DNA of 64,000 bases, taken from positions 1,472,133 through 1,536,132 of the forward strand of contig OZ244616.1 in the NCBI GenBank assembly GCA_965218285.1. Direction: 5' to 3'. The position numbers were made by a program, and so were the translations under genes. This DNA is from Candidatus Poribacteria bacterium. GTDB taxonomy: Bacteria; Poribacteria; WGA-4E; WGA-3G. Below are positions 48,016 to 56,148 of this stretch, piece by piece (the first letter of the stretch is position 1; every line of letters starts with the position of its first letter). Below the pieces are notes generated by a model that worked only from the letters and a program-made list of their open reading frames with translations, was not told where the DNA came from and ran no database searches.

Positions 48016-48927
48016 CTAACCTTTCAAACTGAAACGATACGGAATTCGGAGACGTTGACTAACAAAGATTTTGCCTTGCATTGCAGGTGCAAATGACGAG
48101 GATTTGAGTGCTTGAATTGCAGCTTCTTCACAACCGAGTCCGCTAATTTCAATTACTTCAACAACTTTGATCTTACGGGCTTTTCCATCTACACCAATTG
48201 TGGCTTCAAGAACAACTAAACCCTGTTGATGTGAAAGCCGTGCGGATTCGGGATATATCGGATCAACCTTTTTCAGGAAAGTTGCGTTTTGAGTCGGTTT
48301 AGTAAAGGTCGGTATGTCAAGCGGAACAGGAGTTAATTGAACCTGATCTGAGGTTAGTGAACTTATATCAGATATACGTTTCGTGCGTTGCAGCAATAGA
48401 TTAACTGATGAAACATAAACACACTTCTTTTCCACAGCGGCATAAAATGGACGTTGCATTCCTGATATAGTACTTTGTGAGTCGTCTAAGGCTAATATTC
48501 CATCTATAGGTGCAGGAGAGGTGATTGCTGGAATTTGTGGTATTTCTGTCTTAAGTACAACCGTGGATGTATGAACGATTTGATGTGTAGGACGATGCAG
48601 GTTAACGTGTTTCGGATGAACTGATTTAGAGATGCTTTTTTCTTTAGGGGGAAGTGTTAAAACACGTTTAGGCGATGGATTTGAGAGGATATCAATTTGC
48701 ATTGCAGTGGGATGAATATCTGTCGTTTTGATTGATGATAGACCAATAATTGATGCGCCTATCAGATGCAGACAGACCGACAACATGAGCGAGGTATTCG
48801 GTATCAAACTGCCTGAAAAAACACGCGCAAAAGGTTTTCCAATACCAGAAACGTTCTGCGTATTATGCAGTTGATTCCGCCTTGCGAAAAATAATAATTT
48901 GTTCATTAATTGGACAACACTGTTCAT
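48016..48927 (-). CDS. TonB-family energy transducer (N-terminal TM anchor, Pro/Thr-rich linker, TonB C-terminal domain).
   Basis: C-terminal domain ...YPESARLSHQQGLVVLEATIGVDGKARKIKVVEVIEISGLGCEEAAIQALKSSSFAPA. TM segment LIGASIIGLSSI. Confidence 0.65.
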   Translation of the reverse strand: MNSVVQLMNKLLFFARRNQLHNTQNVSGIGKPFARVFSGSLIPNTSLMLSVCLHLIGASIIGLSSIKTTDIHPTAMQIDILSNPSPKRVLTLPPKEKSISKSVHPKHVNLHRPTHQIVHTSTVVLKTEIPQIPAITSPAPIDGILALDDSQSTISGMQRPFYAAVEKKCVYVSSVNLLLQRTKRISDISSLTSDQVQLTPVPLDIPTFTKPTQNATFLKKVDPIYPESARLSHQQGLVVLEATIGVDGKARKIKVVEVIEISGLGCEEAAIQALKSSSFAPAMQGKIFVSQRLRIPYRFSLKG

Positions 48928-49081
48928 AATATTTACACCCGCTCACTAATCAGTTCTATGAAACCTCATATATAGACAATACACAACCGCATTGTTATGA
49001 TATTTTCGTCTGTTCTTAGGTTGGGTCCTTAAACTAAATGAGCAAATTTCGTGCCATTAAACTTTACACACCATCATCAAG

Positions 49082-49653
49082 CAGGGTTATTTAGTTTTAA
49101 GAATTATCAGTTGATGAGTGTTACTGATAGTTTATTTCGTAGGTCGGGTAGAGCGGTAGCGAAACCCATAGGCGTCAATTTAAGGAAATAAACCTATATT
49201 TTGGATATCTTAGCCCCAGCGGGGCGGAATGTGTATAGACCACGATCCATACCAAACTCAAGCCCCAGCGGGGCGAAAGGTGTATATGGGCACATGTTGT
49301 CAGACACCTGTCACCCCGCTGGGGTTCAAGAGACTGTTGGACACCGTTTTCTATATACCTGTCGCCCCGCTGGGGCTAAAGAGTTGTGGGTATCACTTTT
49401 TCTATACACCTGTCGCCCCGCTGGGGCTAAAGAGTTGTGGGTGCTTTCGTTGCTATAAACATATCGTCCCTACGGGACTAAAGAGGGTTTCTCGGACACG
49501 GAAAACCACTAAATTGACGCTTATGGGTAGAGCGGTAGCGAAACCCGACATGAACTAAACGTGTCGGGTTTCGCAAACTCTACCCAACGGACAGGTAGTT
49601 TATATAGAAATGTGAAAAAATATAGCAGAAAAACCGAAAACTAAATAACCCTG
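49082..49653. mobile_element. MITE family A, copy 2, with a 10-bp TSD CATCATCAAG, carrying a nested MITE family B insertion.
   Basis: TIRs CAGGGTTATTTAGTTTT / AAAACTAAATAACCCTG. CATCATCAAG at 49072-49081 and 49654-49663. The internal palindrome arm GGGTAGAGCGGTAGCGAAACCC is duplicated around the nested element. Confidence 0.8.
49168..49524 (+). mobile_element. MITE family B, full-length 357 bp, nested inside MITE-A. Interior is a tandem array of REP-like GCCCCAGCGGGGC hairpin units in both orientations.
   Basis: TIRs ATAGGCGTCAATTTA / TAAATTGACGCTTAT. A 22-bp direct repeat GGGTAGAGCGGTAGCGAAACCC flanks it at 49146-49167 and 49525-49546. Two about 40-bp tandem units TATACACCTGTCGCCCCGCTGGGGCTAAAGAGTTGTGGGT are present. 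The ORFs 49201-49458 and 49229-49558 from the ORF track are artefacts of this repeat. Confidence 0.8.
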
Positions 49654-49738
49654 CATCATCAAGAAAAAACTTGCAATATCCAAAAATATTTGGTAGAATT
49701 ATAATGAATTCGTTTCATATCAGGAGGAGATATACCAA

Positions 49739-49969
49739 GTGGACATTAGAATTGAGTACTGCACATCCTGAAACTATAAACCACGGGCAGCCAGTTTGGC
49801 AGAAGCCTTAGAAGAAAAATATAGTGGTCAGGTTGAAGACGTGAAACTCGTTGAAAGTAGTGGTGGGGCTTTTGAAGTATATTTAAACGAGGAGTTGCTC
49901 TACTCTAAGTTAGAAAGTCGACAATTTCCTACAACTGAGCAAATCACCAAATCTATTGACAAAGCATAA
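49739..49969 (+). CDS. selW: SelW-like (Rdx family) selenoprotein with an in-frame TGA (Sec) codon at 49769-49771.
   Basis: Translation gives VDIRIEYCTS-U-NYKPRAASLAEALEEKYSGQVEDVKLVESSGGAFEVYLNEELLYSKLESRQFPTTEQITKSIDKA. This matches the Rdx consensus IEYCxxU.Y..RA..LA..L....V..V.L..SSGGAFEV.L...L.YSK.....FP. RBS AGGAGG lies 10 nt upstream of the GTG start. A perfect terminator hairpin follows. Confidence 0.7.
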
Positions 49970-49976
49970 CTAATAG

Positions 49977-50010
49977 CAATGGGCATGGTAGTAGTTACCA
50001 TGCCCATTCT
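49977..50010. terminator. Bidirectional rho-independent terminator between the convergent selW-like and lactonase genes.
   Basis: Perfect hairpin ATGGGCATGGTAGTAGTTACCATGCCCAT followed by TTCTTCTT. Confidence 0.6.
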
Positions 50011-50031
50011 TCTTAACATTTCTCTACGTTT

Positions 50032-51093
50032 CTATACAAAAAGCACCCACATCGGGTTTTTCCCCACCGCATAACTTTCAATTAGTGATAGCAATCCACT
50101 TTCCCGATTGATACGGTAAGTAGCAAGTTTACCTGATCCTTGTCCACCAACAAATAGGTAGTTCCCAGTCTCGTCAATGTTAAAAACGCGAGGTGTTGGC
50201 TCTGTGAGTTGATGTCCCAAAGCGGTTAACTCTCCACTCTCATCATCAATTGAAAATATCGCAATGCTGTCATGCCCGCGATTAGAGACATAAAGAAACT
50301 TCCCGTGCGGATCAATGTGAATTTGCGCGCAGCTATTATGCTCATCAAAATCCTCAGGAAGCGTGGAAAACGTTTGAAATTGCCACAAAAGTCCGGGAGC
50401 ATCATGAACGGTGTAGTCGGGAGCACCTGATTTTGGGATTGATACCTCTGGATCACCTTTCTGAAGGTTGTAAGCAGAAACACTTGATCCCTGCTCATTT
50501 GAAAAATAAAAGATCGGTTTGTTCGGATGTTCGCAGTAGTGCCGAGGTCCATCTGGGTCATCAGGATTAAAATTCCCAAAAAAGTTTTGGGTCAACTTGC
50601 CAGTATCAGCATCAAAATGGAATTGGTAGATAGCGTTCCGAGGAACGGTGTGTGGGACAAAAGCAAAACGGTTTGATACGTCTGTTTCAATATAGTGGGC
50701 GTGTGGAGCTGTTTCAATGGTTTGGATCGGTTCACCTTGAGCAGTTTTATCATCACTGATCGCATGCACGGTAACCTTACCAGCACCGTAATACGCGGCA
50801 AGCAAAAAGTTACCCGTTTTGTCTGTTGCGATGTAGCATGTATCCGCATCCAGTTGAATAGTTCGCAAAAGTGAGAGACCTTTACTCTCCTCATCAATAC
50901 GGAAAGTGGCAATTTCTCGGCTGGAGCGAAGCCCCGCATATAAGTAGTTACCACACGGTGACAAAGTTAAAGGTCCAGGAGACCCATTAACATCAACATT
51001 TTCCTGTAACTCAATTGCACCATTAGATACATCAAACGTATAAATGGCGATTCTGTTTTCGCCAGCAATAGAAAGATAAACGTGAGATTGCAT
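50032..51093 (-). CDS. 7-bladed beta-propeller lactonase (6-phosphogluconolactonase / carboxy-muconate lactonizing enzyme family).
   Basis: Repeated blade motifs (LYVSNRGHDSIAIFSIDDESGEL, LFVGGQGSGKLATYRINRESGLL) characteristic of the lactonase propeller family. Confidence 0.6.
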   Translation of the reverse strand: MQSHVYLSIAGENRIAIYTFDVSNGAIELQENVDVNGSPGPLTLSPCGNYLYAGLRSSREIATFRIDEESKGLSLLRTIQLDADTCYIATDKTGNFLLAAYYGAGKVTVHAISDDKTAQGEPIQTIETAPHAHYIETDVSNRFAFVPHTVPRNAIYQFHFDADTGKLTQNFFGNFNPDDPDGPRHYCEHPNKPIFYFSNEQGSSVSAYNLQKGDPEVSIPKSGAPDYTVHDAPGLLWQFQTFSTLPEDFDEHNSCAQIHIDPHGKFLYVSNRGHDSIAIFSIDDESGELTALGHQLTEPTPRVFNIDETGNYLFVGGQGSGKLATYRINRESGLLSLIESYAVGKNPMWVLFV

Positions 51094-51197
51094 ATTATTT
51101 CCTCAAGTTATGGTTCTTATACATTTCTTTAGATTTGTAGCGTTTGTAGTCGCGCAATTCATTGCGTCTCGGACATTAACAGAAAATAACTACGGTG

Positions 51198-52181
51198 TCA
51201 TTTTTTGCCTTTATTGAGAGTAGATTCAATCATTGCATGGGTCTTTGGTTCGCTACATAGACTCAGAAAAACCTCGTGTTCAAGGTCCAGTAAGTACTGT
51301 TCAGTAACAAACTGCGGTGCTGAAAGCATACCTCCACAAAACACGTAAGCCAATTTCTCAGCAAGAAACATCTCATAACCATTGATCGTATCATCCTGAT
51401 GTAATTCCTGAAGGTACTGTTTTAGTCGGTTCGCCCCTTCCTCTCCTAATACAAACACTTGCCGAGGTTGAGGCGGTTGATAACCGCTATTCCAAAGTGA
51501 GAGGACTAATTGTTTGGCATCATGGAGGTGATTGTCTCTTTGCGTAGAGATAAGGTCAGTTTTGCGAAGATAACCGAGTCCTACCGCATCTGCAGCATCT
51601 TTCGAAACCTTTGCTTGACGAATAGCTTCAAGTGCCGTAAGCACAGGTGCAATTAGCTGCTGAATTGGTGCTGATGTGTGTTGACCGTCTAAACAGCGAA
51701 ATGCCATCTCAGTTGTTCCGCCTCCGCCGGGGATCAATCCAACGCGAAGTTCAACAAGTCCCAGTTTGCTACTACTGAAAGCTTGCACCGCATCTGCACC
51801 GAATGCAAGTTCGCATCCACCACCGAGTGCCATGCCTGCCGTTGCTGCAACGACAGGTTTTTTCGAATAACGTAGGCGGGTGCAAACCTGCTGCAGATTT
51901 CTAAGTGTTTGTGAAATTGCATCCCAGTTTTTGCTTCGGGCGCGTTCCTGTAAAAGAATGAGGTTCAGTCCTACAGAAAAATTGTCCGCTTCTGTACCGA
52001 TCACCATCCCCGAGTAATTCGTTTCGACCTCATCCAATGCAGAATCGAGAATCTCCAACGTGCTATCTTCTATAATGTTCAATTTTCCATGTAGTTCCAA
52101 ATAAGTGATACCATCACCTATATCAATTAGACTGGCTTCTGCGTTGGAAATGATAGGTTTTGTATCTGCTGTTTTGAACAT
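51198..52181 (-). CDS. Enoyl-CoA hydratase/isomerase (crotonase) family protein with a C-terminal extension.
   Basis: Oxyanion-hole signature VVAATAGMALGGGCELAFGAD and LVELRVGLIPGGGGT. Confidence 0.65.
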   Translation of the reverse strand: MFKTADTKPIISNAEASLIDIGDGITYLELHGKLNIIEDSTLEILDSALDEVETNYSGMVIGTEADNFSVGLNLILLQERARSKNWDAISQTLRNLQQVCTRLRYSKKPVVAATAGMALGGGCELAFGADAVQAFSSSKLGLVELRVGLIPGGGGTTEMAFRCLDGQHTSAPIQQLIAPVLTALEAIRQAKVSKDAADAVGLGYLRKTDLISTQRDNHLHDAKQLVLSLWNSGYQPPQPRQVFVLGEEGANRLKQYLQELHQDDTINGYEMFLAEKLAYVFCGGMLSAPQFVTEQYLLDLEHEVFLSLCSEPKTHAMIESTLNKGKK

Positions 52182-52228
52182 ACTAAAATTACCTCAATAG
52201 TGAAACTCAAGCTGCTTTGAACAAGAGG

Positions 52229-52621
52229 TTACGCATCAAAAATGTAGTTGATTTGGTCGAAAGAATCTCGAGGAAAGGTGAATATAAAAACCAGCGGTTC
52301 AGTTCCAGTGCAACTGACAGTATGCTTAGCATTGGGAGGGATGTAGACTGCTGAACCGGGACCGAGCTCTGCTTCACAATCTTCAATCTTCATGTGTCCA
52401 TAGCCACTGATGACATAATACGTTTCTTCAGGTTCGTGGTGGTGAAGCAAAAGTGAAGCACCGGGCGGCACCTCTGCTATACCTGTGACAAGACCGCTGC
52501 TTGGTCCGCGTTCACCTGTGATAAGAAGTTTCCAACGAACCGGACTTTTGGCGGCGATGTCTGGGTCATCCCAACCTTCCCAGTCAAGATCCGACTGATT
52601 GATTATTATAGGTTTTAGCAT
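52229..52621 (-). CDS. Cupin-domain protein.
   Basis: Cupin motif 1 G..LLLHHHEPEETYYVISG and motif 2 GSAVYIPPNAKH. Confidence 0.65.
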   Translation of the reverse strand: MLKPIIINQSDLDWEGWDDPDIAAKSPVRWKLLITGERGPSSGLVTGIAEVPPGASLLLHHHEPEETYYVISGYGHMKIEDCEAELGPGSAVYIPPNAKHTVSCTGTEPLVFIFTFPRDSFDQINYIFDA

Positions 52622-52752
52622 AATTATAACTGCTCCTTCTGTTTGGACAAGCGTATATCTAATCAGATTAATTCAAGCAACCTTACATGACACGCTAATT
52701 TATTTTCTGGGTGCATGTCTTTTCGATTGACAATCGCAACTCTTTGCGTTAT

Positions 52753-52848
52753 TATACCCAATTAACCCGATTTGTAGTGTGAGGTCCCCGTGCCTCACAA
52801 TGCCGACTGTATCCGAAGACGTCGAATCAAGTTAATTTGGTATTATAC
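52753..52848. mobile_element. MITE family C copy, immediately upstream of the MazG-like gene.
   Basis: TTATACCCAATTAACCCGATTTGT ... GAATCAAGTTAATTTGGTATTATA with central hairpin TGTGAGGTCCCCGTGCCTCACA. Its right end supplies a TATTATA -10-like box 15 nt upstream of the MazG RBS. Confidence 0.6.
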
Positions 52849-52863
52849 AGGAAAAGGAGAATT

Positions 52864-53148
52864 ATGACAATTCAAAAATTTCAGGAACAGATTGAAGCTA
52901 TCTATTACACGCGGGATGCTGAACGTGGAGTGCCATTAACGTTCACATGGTTTGTTGAAGAGGTAGGGGAATTAGCCAAAGAGATTCGCAAACAACCGCA
53001 GGACATGGAACGTTTGCGTGAAGAATTCGCCGATGTTTTGGCATGGCTGTCTACATTAGCAAGTCTGCTTGATATTTCTCTTGAGGATGCAGCACAAATC
53101 TATGCAGAGGGGTGCCCGAAGTGCAACGCTATACCCTGCAGATGTTAA
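52864..53148 (+). CDS. Small MazG-like nucleoside triphosphate pyrophosphohydrolase with a C-terminal Cys cluster.
   Basis: MazG core TFTWFVEEVGELAKEIRK...EEFADVLAWLSTLASLL with the EExxE/D metal-binding pattern. C-terminal CPKCNAIPCRC. RBS AAAGGAGA lies 6 nt upstream. Confidence 0.65.
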   Translation: MTIQKFQEQIEAIYYTRDAERGVPLTFTWFVEEVGELAKEIRKQPQDMERLREEFADVLAWLSTLASLLDISLEDAAQIYAEGCPKCNAIPCRC

Positions 53149-53174
53149 TTTATTATAGATTCTCTAATTTGTTG

Positions 53175-54545
53175 TCATTCAGGGAGTGGACAGACACCCT
53201 CAAATTCAAGTAGCGCGGAATCTTCGTTTATATCATATTGAAAACGCTGCCCTTTAAATTTAACTTGTAATGCTGTTGGATTGAGTAGTTTCAAATCTAA
53301 TTGGAGTATATCTTCAACCGTGTTTGATAACTTCAAATATAGTACAGAAATTAAACGGGCGAACTTCTCAAATGTTTCTGGCGTTCTTTTGAAATGTTGG
53401 TAGAGTTCAGGGATAGGTGAAGTAAGGGCTTGGAGTCTATTTCCATATTGTGATGAGAGTTCACCCCGGATCTGAACCTCTAACAGCATCTGATCAAAGA
53501 CATTTGCTTGCATTAGGGATGAACTAACTGTTTCTAACTTTTCATCAAGGAGGAGACGTTTAGCACGCGTATTAGCAATCTGATCTAATGTAAGATATTC
53601 AAAATTAACTTTCTCTGTTTGATGCTTAAATGTCTTTCCTGTCGTGTCCTCAATGAGAATAAGTTTCCACACAGTCTCCTCTTCAGTCGAAATTTGTGTT
53701 ACCTCTCGCGGCTTTATCCATGCCGCATCTTCTTTATGTGCGAAAGCAAGTAGATCATGTTGATCTTTCCGCAATGAACATAGAAAAGCAGCATGTTCAG
53801 ATGAAGTAGGGGTAAGTGTTATAGAAATCTCCTTTGAATCCCACTGCACCTCTTGAAACGGAATGAAATAATGCTGTCCTTCTACTGAGCGAAATAAAAC
53901 GCAGTTATCGTTTTCCTTTTCTTTATTGCCTGCAGCGTTTACAGGTTCAGAAAATTCGGATGGTATAACGTCAAGAATCTTCTGAATACCAATATCCCAG
54001 TCCTCATGAAGATTAACATATTGAAGATCTTGTAGAGTTACACCCTCTCCAATATTAATATCAGGAATCTCACATTCGTTCAATTTTACAGGGATAAACC
54101 AAACCTTATCAACAGGTTTTTGTTGAAGTTTATCAATTGCGATTGACAGTTCTTCATTCATGTAAGTCTTGTCGCGAACGTTATATTCCTTTGAAAAACA
54201 TGCAATAAAGAAATCTCCGTGATGAATTGCTTGTTGAATCGCTTGTTTCCAGGGCGTTCCAGGGTTTAAATTATCCCAATCCACCCAAACAGTGACGTTA
54301 TTTGAGGTAAGGGCATTGCAAAGTTGGTCTACAGCAGCCTTGTTCTCATGGCAGTAGGAGATAAAGACATGCCGCATTTCTCTGGCGTGTTTAATCTCCA
54401 TGTTAACATGGTTGATTAAGCGTGCTCGGAAAACTTCACGACGTCTTTTATGTGCTTCGGGTCCTCGTCGGATTTGGGACGGATCGGGTGCGTTATCACG
54501 CGTATAGGCTTCATAGTCGAATTCAACTTCTTTTGTAGTATGCAT
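53175..54545 (-). CDS. TIR-domain protein of 456 aa: a short N-terminal segment, a TIR domain, then an about 250-aa uncharacterised C-terminal domain.
   Basis: TIR_2-type core RHVFISYCHENKAAVDQLCNALTSNNVTVWVDWDNLNPGTPWKQAIQQAIHHGDFFIACFSKEYNVRDKTYMNEELSIAIDKLQ. A conserved Glu sits in the NEEL helix. The start codon lies inside the 3' end of the upstream BrnT-like gene, a 23-nt overlap. Confidence 0.75.
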   Translation of the reverse strand: MHTTKEVEFDYEAYTRDNAPDPSQIRRGPEAHKRRREVFRARLINHVNMEIKHAREMRHVFISYCHENKAAVDQLCNALTSNNVTVWVDWDNLNPGTPWKQAIQQAIHHGDFFIACFSKEYNVRDKTYMNEELSIAIDKLQQKPVDKVWFIPVKLNECEIPDINIGEGVTLQDLQYVNLHEDWDIGIQKILDVIPSEFSEPVNAAGNKEKENDNCVLFRSVEGQHYFIPFQEVQWDSKEISITLTPTSSEHAAFLCSLRKDQHDLLAFAHKEDAAWIKPREVTQISTEEETVWKLILIEDTTGKTFKHQTEKVNFEYLTLDQIANTRAKRLLLDEKLETVSSSLMQANVFDQMLLEVQIRGELSSQYGNRLQALTSPIPELYQHFKRTPETFEKFARLISVLYLKLSNTVEDILQLDLKLLNPTALQVKFKGQRFQYDINEDSALLEFEGVCPLPE

Positions 54546-54801
54546 TTAGAATTTTTCCTTTAGCCTCATAAGCGGTAATTAAACGATGGAATTCTTCACC
54601 TTCCGCGATGTAAATAATTATTAAAACCCGATTAGTAACAGTTTTTCCTACATACATCCATTGATCTGGATGTCCTTGCGGATCTGGGGCATCGAATCCA
54701 TGGTGATCATCAAAAGCAGAAACAACTTCATAGAACTGGACGTTATGTTTACTTTGAACCTTCGCATACTTATCAGCATCCCATATAAATCCAATATCCA
54801 T
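54523..54801 (-). CDS. brnT: BrnT-like (DUF497) ribonuclease toxin family protein.
   Basis: FIWDADKYAKVQSKHNVQFYEVVSAFDD...NRVLIIIYIAEGEEFHRLITAYEAKGKILNAYYK follows the DUF497 pattern FxWDxxKxxxNxxKHxVxFxEAxxVF...RIISAR+A. Length is 92 aa. Confidence 0.65.
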   Translation of the reverse strand: MDIGFIWDADKYAKVQSKHNVQFYEVVSAFDDHHGFDAPDPQGHPDQWMYVGKTVTNRVLIIIYIAEGEEFHRLITAYEAKGKILNAYYKRS

Positions 54802-54867
54802 TCAGCGGACTCCATACGTTTACACGAGAAGCAGAAATGTAAATGCGCCTTTAGACAGTCAAACCAG

Positions 54868-56148
54868 TTAGTTTCCATTCAAAAACCGATCGAAATTACC
54901 GCCGAACAGGTTATTAACATCTCGCTCAATTTCTGACTTCGTAAGTGTCCATTGCACATCCAGGAGAGATTGATATTTTTCCACCAAAACGTCCGCAATG
55001 ATCTGGCGCGAGTGCTTCCACTTGTAGACGAGCTGATCTAATATTCGCGCATCCGAATGTTGTGGGATGACACTCAATCCAAGCAACTCAATCCGCTCAC
55101 GGGTGATTTCTTCAATAACACTCGGATTGTTCATAAACCACCAACATCCAAATATCATCAGATTTTTGAATTTTCGTCCTATCACGCACAACTCATGTTG
55201 GTTTTCGCGAGAGAGAAGCGTCACAAGGAATTTATTGTCAGGGTTTTCACGGAGAAGTGTTTCCAGACTCGTCAAGTCAGCCTTTCCAGTGCCATCACCT
55301 GCCATTCGGAGTTGAGGATTCACAGCACGTTTAACACCAATCATCAGCGCAAATGGGACGTTGAATTCACGCGAAATAGGTAAAATGCAGTTGTCAAACA
55401 ACCGTCCGAGTATACCATCATCACGGTATTGGAAGTCTGGTGGGAGAGAGACTGCCATGTATTTTGGGTTCATCCGCTGAATCCACGTCTCTAAAAATCT
55501 GCACACCTCTTTATAACTTTTCTCTGATGAAAGTGTTGGATCTACGTCGTAACCAAGACTTTTGAGATGTTCATACGCAGTTTCTTGATAGTTATTGATA
55601 AGTACATCCATCCGAAGCGCAGCCTCAAAACGTTCATCGCCCGTATCTTCCGATTCCCATACGGGTGCCTCTGCAGGATCAAACGGGTCATTCGTCATAA
55701 CGACTTTAGAGACATTCGAACTTTCAAAAACTGTGTCAATAAATGCGTCAACTGTAGTATCAGCAAAATAGTCTCGGTAGTCTTGTAGATTTCGCGAACC
55801 AACATCCAATCCTAAAGCATTCAAAGTTGTCACAACCCCGCGGCACGCCTCACTAATCGGTGAGTTTTCAATAAAAAGCGTCTGCCAAATCAGCTCCGCT
55901 TGCTGCGATTTTGTCATAGCCCAAAATTCCGGATATGAGACGTCTGACTTACGGAATACCTCTGCTATGAGATAGTGATAGGTCAGAAGTTCATCAATCC
56001 CCCACAACAAGAGTTCACCAAAAGGCTGACTAAAAAGATGTGTGTGAATATCTGTAATGCTCTGGGTGTGGACTACTTCTGAGATGATAGTTTGAAGTTG
56101 ATCAACAGTTTTTATTATCTGATTGTGATTCGGTTGTGGGGCTCTCAT
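54868..56148 (-). CDS. uxaC: Glucuronate isomerase family protein (UxaC-like, amidohydrolase superfamily).
   Basis: N-terminal ITDIHTHLF...LTYHYL corresponds to the UxaC D-x-H-x-HL...GDHYKWR region. C-terminal FGCWWFMN...LGLSVIPQHSDARILDQLVYKWKHSRQII parallels the UxaC FGSGWWFND...[30 protein letters not shown] block. Confidence 0.55.
   Translation of the reverse strand: MRAPQPNHNQIIKTVDQLQTIISEVVHTQSITDIHTHLFSQPFGELLLWGIDELLTYHYLIAEVFRKSDVSYPEFWAMTKSQQAELIWQTLFIENSPISEACRGVVTTLNALGLDVGSRNLQDYRDYFADTTVDAFIDTVFESSNVSKVVMTNDPFDPAEAPVWESEDTGDERFEAALRMDVLINNYQETAYEHLKSLGYDVDPTLSSEKSYKEVCRFLETWIQRMNPKYMAVSLPPDFQYRDDGILGRLFDNCILPISREFNVPFALMIGVKRAVNPQLRMAGDGTGKADLTSLETLLRENPDNKFLVTLLSRENQHELCVIGRKFKNLMIFGCWWFMNNPSVIEEITRERIELLGLSVIPQHSDARILDQLVYKWKHSRQIIADVLVEKYQSLLDVQWTLTKSEIERDVNNLFGGNFDRFLNGN

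Noticed and set aside
49201-49558. ORF-track ORFs 49201-49458, 49229-49558, 59139-59555, 59326-59583 and 8579-8764, read as protein-coding genes.
   Set aside because: They lie entirely within MITE-B copies. Their identical translations on opposite strands reflect the inverted repeat, and they have no RBS or start context. They are artefacts.
54543-54545. TIR gene start taken as certain at the overlapping ATG.
   Set aside because: Not rejected, but flagged. Internal Met49 and Met55 lie just before the TIR core. If one of them is the true start, the BrnT coupling and the BrnA-like N-terminal segment disappear. This is recorded as an uncertainty rather than a fact.
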